DNA of 63,911 bases, counting the filler, from Reclinomonas americana ATCC 50394 (Eukaryota): the NCBI GenBank assembly GCA_048213135.1. It is 10 parts of 10 records of this genome, joined end to end, with 100 filler letters (N's around TTAATTAATTAA, not from the genome) between each part and the next. Parts side by side here need not be neighbours in the genome. Positions count along the whole stretch, not along the records: positions 55,416 to 62,536 come from AFZH01023348.1; positions 62,637 to 63,911 come from AFZH01023349.1; 8 more parts are not named here. The stretch is one strand, 5' to 3'. The first letter of the stretch is position 1. Each line of letters begins with the position of its first letter. The position numbers and the translations under genes are program-made. This document shows positions 61,418 to 63,911 of the stretch, one piece after another. The notes below the pieces were generated by a model. The model ran no database searches. It worked only from the letters and a program-made list of their open reading frames with translations, and was not told where the DNA came from.

Positions 61418-61579
61418 ATGCCATCTAAATCAATTAAACAAAGAAACTTTTTTAGAGCTGTTTTAAATGCAAAGAAAAATGGTATCGGTAATAAGATAGT
61501 AAAACAGGTTGCAAAGAATATGAAACTATCAAGTATAAAAGATTATTTACATTTAAAGAAACCACTTAAAAAGAAGTAG
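61418..61579 (+). CDS. Small very basic protein (53 aa), below the ORF-track cutoff
   Basis: MPSKSIKQRNFFRAVLNAKKNGIGNKIVKQVAKNMKLSSIKDYLHLKKPLKKK*; preceded by the same TATAAT-like leader as neighbouring genes. Confidence 0.65.
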   Translation: MPSKSIKQRNFFRAVLNAKKNGIGNKIVKQVAKNMKLSSIKDYLHLKKPLKKK

Positions 61580-61674
61580 CATTATATATCTTGTGGTTGG
61601 AATATCAAAGCCACATATATTTTGAATTTCCCAGTTCTCGATCATTTAAGTATAATCAACATACATGATCATCA

Positions 61675-61878
61675 TTATTTTGCACTATAAGACATCAATT
61701 CATTAATGATTTGATTATACGTTTCATCATCTAAGACTGTTAAAACTTCTAATGTTTTAATACTCTGCATTGCATACACACGTTGAACTATTCTCATTGT
61801 GCATTTATCATGTAAGCAACAGATATATTGATCAAGAGGATATTTTATTTTTTCTTTACAAAATTTACAAAAGAACAT
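61675..61878 (-). CDS. Small Cys-rich viral protein
   Basis: CKFC..CCLHDKC potential Zn site; 67 aa. Confidence 0.6.
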   Translation of the reverse strand: MFFCKFCKEKIKYPLDQYICCLHDKCTMRIVQRVYAMQSIKTLEVLTVLDDETYNQIINELMSYSAK

Positions 61879-61916
61879 TATTATTATATCCTAAACCGAC
61901 ATAATAATATGATTAA

Positions 61917-62270
61917 TTAAACATAGTTTTTATAATTCAATAGATCTTTGACATCTTCAATCAAACCTTCTGTGGTTTCGATATCGTTTGTGGCCTGTAA
62001 CATTTCTACTTCATCGTCATTATCATTTGCTTTTGAAAATCTTAATTTATTAAATTTTATAAAATTCTGCAAACCATCTAACTGTGTATTCAATTCTCGA
62101 TAACATTTCTTATGTAAGTGTCTATATTGCCAATCGTTATCTATTTTGCGTAACGCTGTATCGCATTTTGGACAGATTATATTCTTCTTATAAATATTTG
62201 CCTCAAATGCTTTCATTATCTCATTGACACATTGCAATCGTTTGGTTAAAGTCTTTCTGGTTGATTCCAT
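61917..62270 (-). CDS. Hypothetical viral protein with Zn-ribbon-like motif
   Basis: CPKC...HKKC; 117 aa. Confidence 0.65.
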   Translation of the reverse strand: MESTRKTLTKRLQCVNEIMKAFEANIYKKNIICPKCDTALRKIDNDWQYRHLHKKCYRELNTQLDGLQNFIKFNKLRFSKANDNDDEVEMLQATNDIETTEGLIEDVKDLLNYKNYV

Positions 62271-62363
62271 TTTGCTTGATAGGTTATATACGTGTCAATC
62301 CTTTAAATCCCTTTTCATTAAAAACCATTTAAAGAATTGTCACGACTATATAGTATAAAATAA

Positions 62364-62536
62364 ATGTCAAAAACTAATCAAGAGTATAATAAACAATACT
62401 GGATCAATAATAAAGAAAAACTAAAGTTAAAGCAAGGTGAAAGAGTGTTATGTGAATGTTGCAATAAACAAGTCAGGAAGTCAGGTTTATCGGAACATAA
62501 ACGATCACAATTACACATAGCAAAAGAAGAGCTCTC
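62364..62536 (+). CDS. C2H2-like zinc finger protein, truncated by gap
   Basis: YNKQYWINNKEKLK followed by CECCNKQVRKSGLSEHKRSQLH. Confidence 0.7.
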
Positions 62537-62637
62537 NNNNNNNNNNNNNNNNNNNNNNNNNNNNNNNNNNNNNNNNNNNNTTAATTAATTAANNNNNNNN
62601 NNNNNNNNNNNNNNNNNNNNNNNNNNNNNNNNNNNNT

Positions 62638-62757
62638 TCACAAGGCAGAACGTTTACATGTGATTATTCCATCGTTGAATGGGATTATATGGATGATATT
62701 TGCAAATATGTGGCATTGAGTCGCGCAAGATCATGTAAACAAATTTCAATCTTTTAA
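62638..62757 (+). CDS. C-terminal end of an SF1B (Pif1/RecD-like) helicase; remainder lost in gap
   Basis: Manual translation SQGRTFTCDYSIVEWDYMDDICKYVALSRARSCKQISIF*, containing motif V (SQG.T) and motif VI (YVALSRA). Confidence 0.78.
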   Translation, partial: SQGRTFTCDYSIVEWDYMDDICKYVALSRARSCKQISIF

Positions 62758-62779
62758 ATTGTATTCATATATTATTAAT

Positions 62780-63856
62780 ATGACTACTTTAGATAGTATA
62801 TATGTAAAGTTCAATTATCCGGCCAGTGCAAAGCTTTATAAGTTGGCAAAGGCTGAAGGGCTAACCGTAACTATGAAAGAAGTGAAAGATTTCTTATTGA
62901 ATAAAGAAGGTGCTCAAATACATACTCGAAAATTAAAGAAGGTTGAGAATCCTATTAGAACGGTAACTAAACAAATGTCTTATCAAATGGATTTGTTAGA
63001 TATGACCAAGTTTAGCACCAAAAATAAGGGTTACAAATGGATTCTTATTGTAGTGGATATATTTGATAGGAAAGCTTGTGCAGATGCCTTGAAATCTAAA
63101 TCATCTAATGATGTATTAGAAGGTATCAAGAAATGTTTTAATTATTTGGGAAAGCCTAAGGATGTTACGTCAGATGATGGCGCTGAATGGAAAGGCGCAG
63201 TGAAAACATATTTAGAGAGTGAGAATATAAGTCATAGGACTGCAGATGTTGGCGATCATAATGTATTAGGTATAATTGATAGATTTAGTAAAACATTAAA
63301 GTCAATTATATATAAAAGATTTTCACATAATGATAATGTTGATTGGGTGCCAACATTAGATGAAACAATAAAGGCATATAATGCGACGCCACATAGTTCA
63401 TTAAATGATAGAAGTCCTAATGAAGCGGAAAAGTATTCATTTGACACGGCCATGTATCAGTATAGAAAAATACAAGAAATCGAGAAAAAGAATGAAAAGA
63501 AAAAAGATAAAATAAATGTTGGTGATAGTGTTAGATATAAGTTAAAGAAGACAACATTTTCAAAAGGATATGAACAACAATGGTCAAATACAATTCATAA
63601 GGTAATGAGTAAGAATGGACAAAATTATGAATTGGATAATGGTATGTCATTAAGGGCACAAAGTTTATTGTTAGCTGGAAGTATGCCACAGCAAACACCA
63701 GTTATTAAACCTGTTGAAGTGAAGCCAAAGAAGGCGATAGTTCAAATAGATGAAGCAAAGAAACAATTACAAAGTGAAAGAAGGAAAAAGAAAGAAGATA
63801 GACCATTAACCCAGATTATTGAAGGTAAACGTGAAAGAAAGCCAGTAAAGAAATAA
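62780..63856 (+). CDS. Retroviral-like (rve) integrase of Polinton/virophage type
   Basis: YQMDLLDM, YKWILIVVDIFDRK, VTSDDGAEW, IIDRFSKTLK, YNATPHSSL..SP, C-terminal VGDSVR..FSKGY..QWS. Confidence 0.92.
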   Translation: MTTLDSIYVKFNYPASAKLYKLAKAEGLTVTMKEVKDFLLNKEGAQIHTRKLKKVENPIRTVTKQMSYQMDLLDMTKFSTKNKGYKWILIVVDIFDRKACADALKSKSSNDVLEGIKKCFNYLGKPKDVTSDDGAEWKGAVKTYLESENISHRTADVGDHNVLGIIDRFSKTLKSIIYKRFSHNDNVDWVPTLDETIKAYNATPHSSLNDRSPNEAEKYSFDTAMYQYRKIQEIEKKNEKKKDKINVGDSVRYKLKKTTFSKGYEQQWSNTIHKVMSKNGQNYELDNGMSLRAQSLLLAGSMPQQTPVIKPVEVKPKKAIVQIDEAKKQLQSERRKKKEDRPLTQIIEGKRERKPVKK

Positions 63857-63911
63857 TCGTGTTTTTGTGGATTGTCAGGTGGTGCAATTTTATGATTTAT
63901 TAGGAATAAGG

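Larger units (their letters stand above)
54226..63911. mobile_element. Polinton-like virus / Maverick-related element (three contigs, incomplete)
   Basis: Abrupt switch to AT-rich, intronless, tightly packed ORFs; packaging ATPase, probable major and minor capsid proteins, PLA2, SF1 helicase fragment and rve integrase; termini not visible. Confidence 0.88.

Overview
The window is a scaffold of 10 contigs joined by nine artificial 100-nt linkers (44 N + TTAATTAATTAA + 44 N). Bases 1-54125 are an intron-rich, microsatellite-rich eukaryote, probably a non-opisthokont protist, since its EF-1alpha lacks the animal/fungal insertion. Genes reconstructed by hand from splice sites: a TauD/clavaminate-synthase-like dioxygenase fused to an aldo-keto reductase, a HEPN-like/TKL-kinase/WW/Zn-finger gene, a G-patch PinX1-like gene, a divergent CCT/BBS-like chaperonin, a lipocalin, EF-1alpha, an ALDH, a PI-PLC, and a ubiquitin cluster (two RING/IBR E3s, two USPs, a stand-alone UBL, a Pelle/IRAK-like kinase). 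Bases 54226-63911 are AT-rich, intronless DNA of a Polinton-like virus: probable major and minor capsid proteins, packaging ATPase, parvovirus-type PLA2, SF1 helicase end and rve integrase. The most striking observation is the ~10 kb 'satellite' at 15.8-25.8 kb. Each unit reads as branch point, AG-free tract, YAG, exactly one codon, then a GT donor. This gives about 27 phase-0 single-codon microexons lying between the two halves of a CHORD/BTK-like Zn-binding motif in the HEPN-kinase gene, a candidate splicing-diversified receptor loop. All gene models are manual inferences without transcript or database support.
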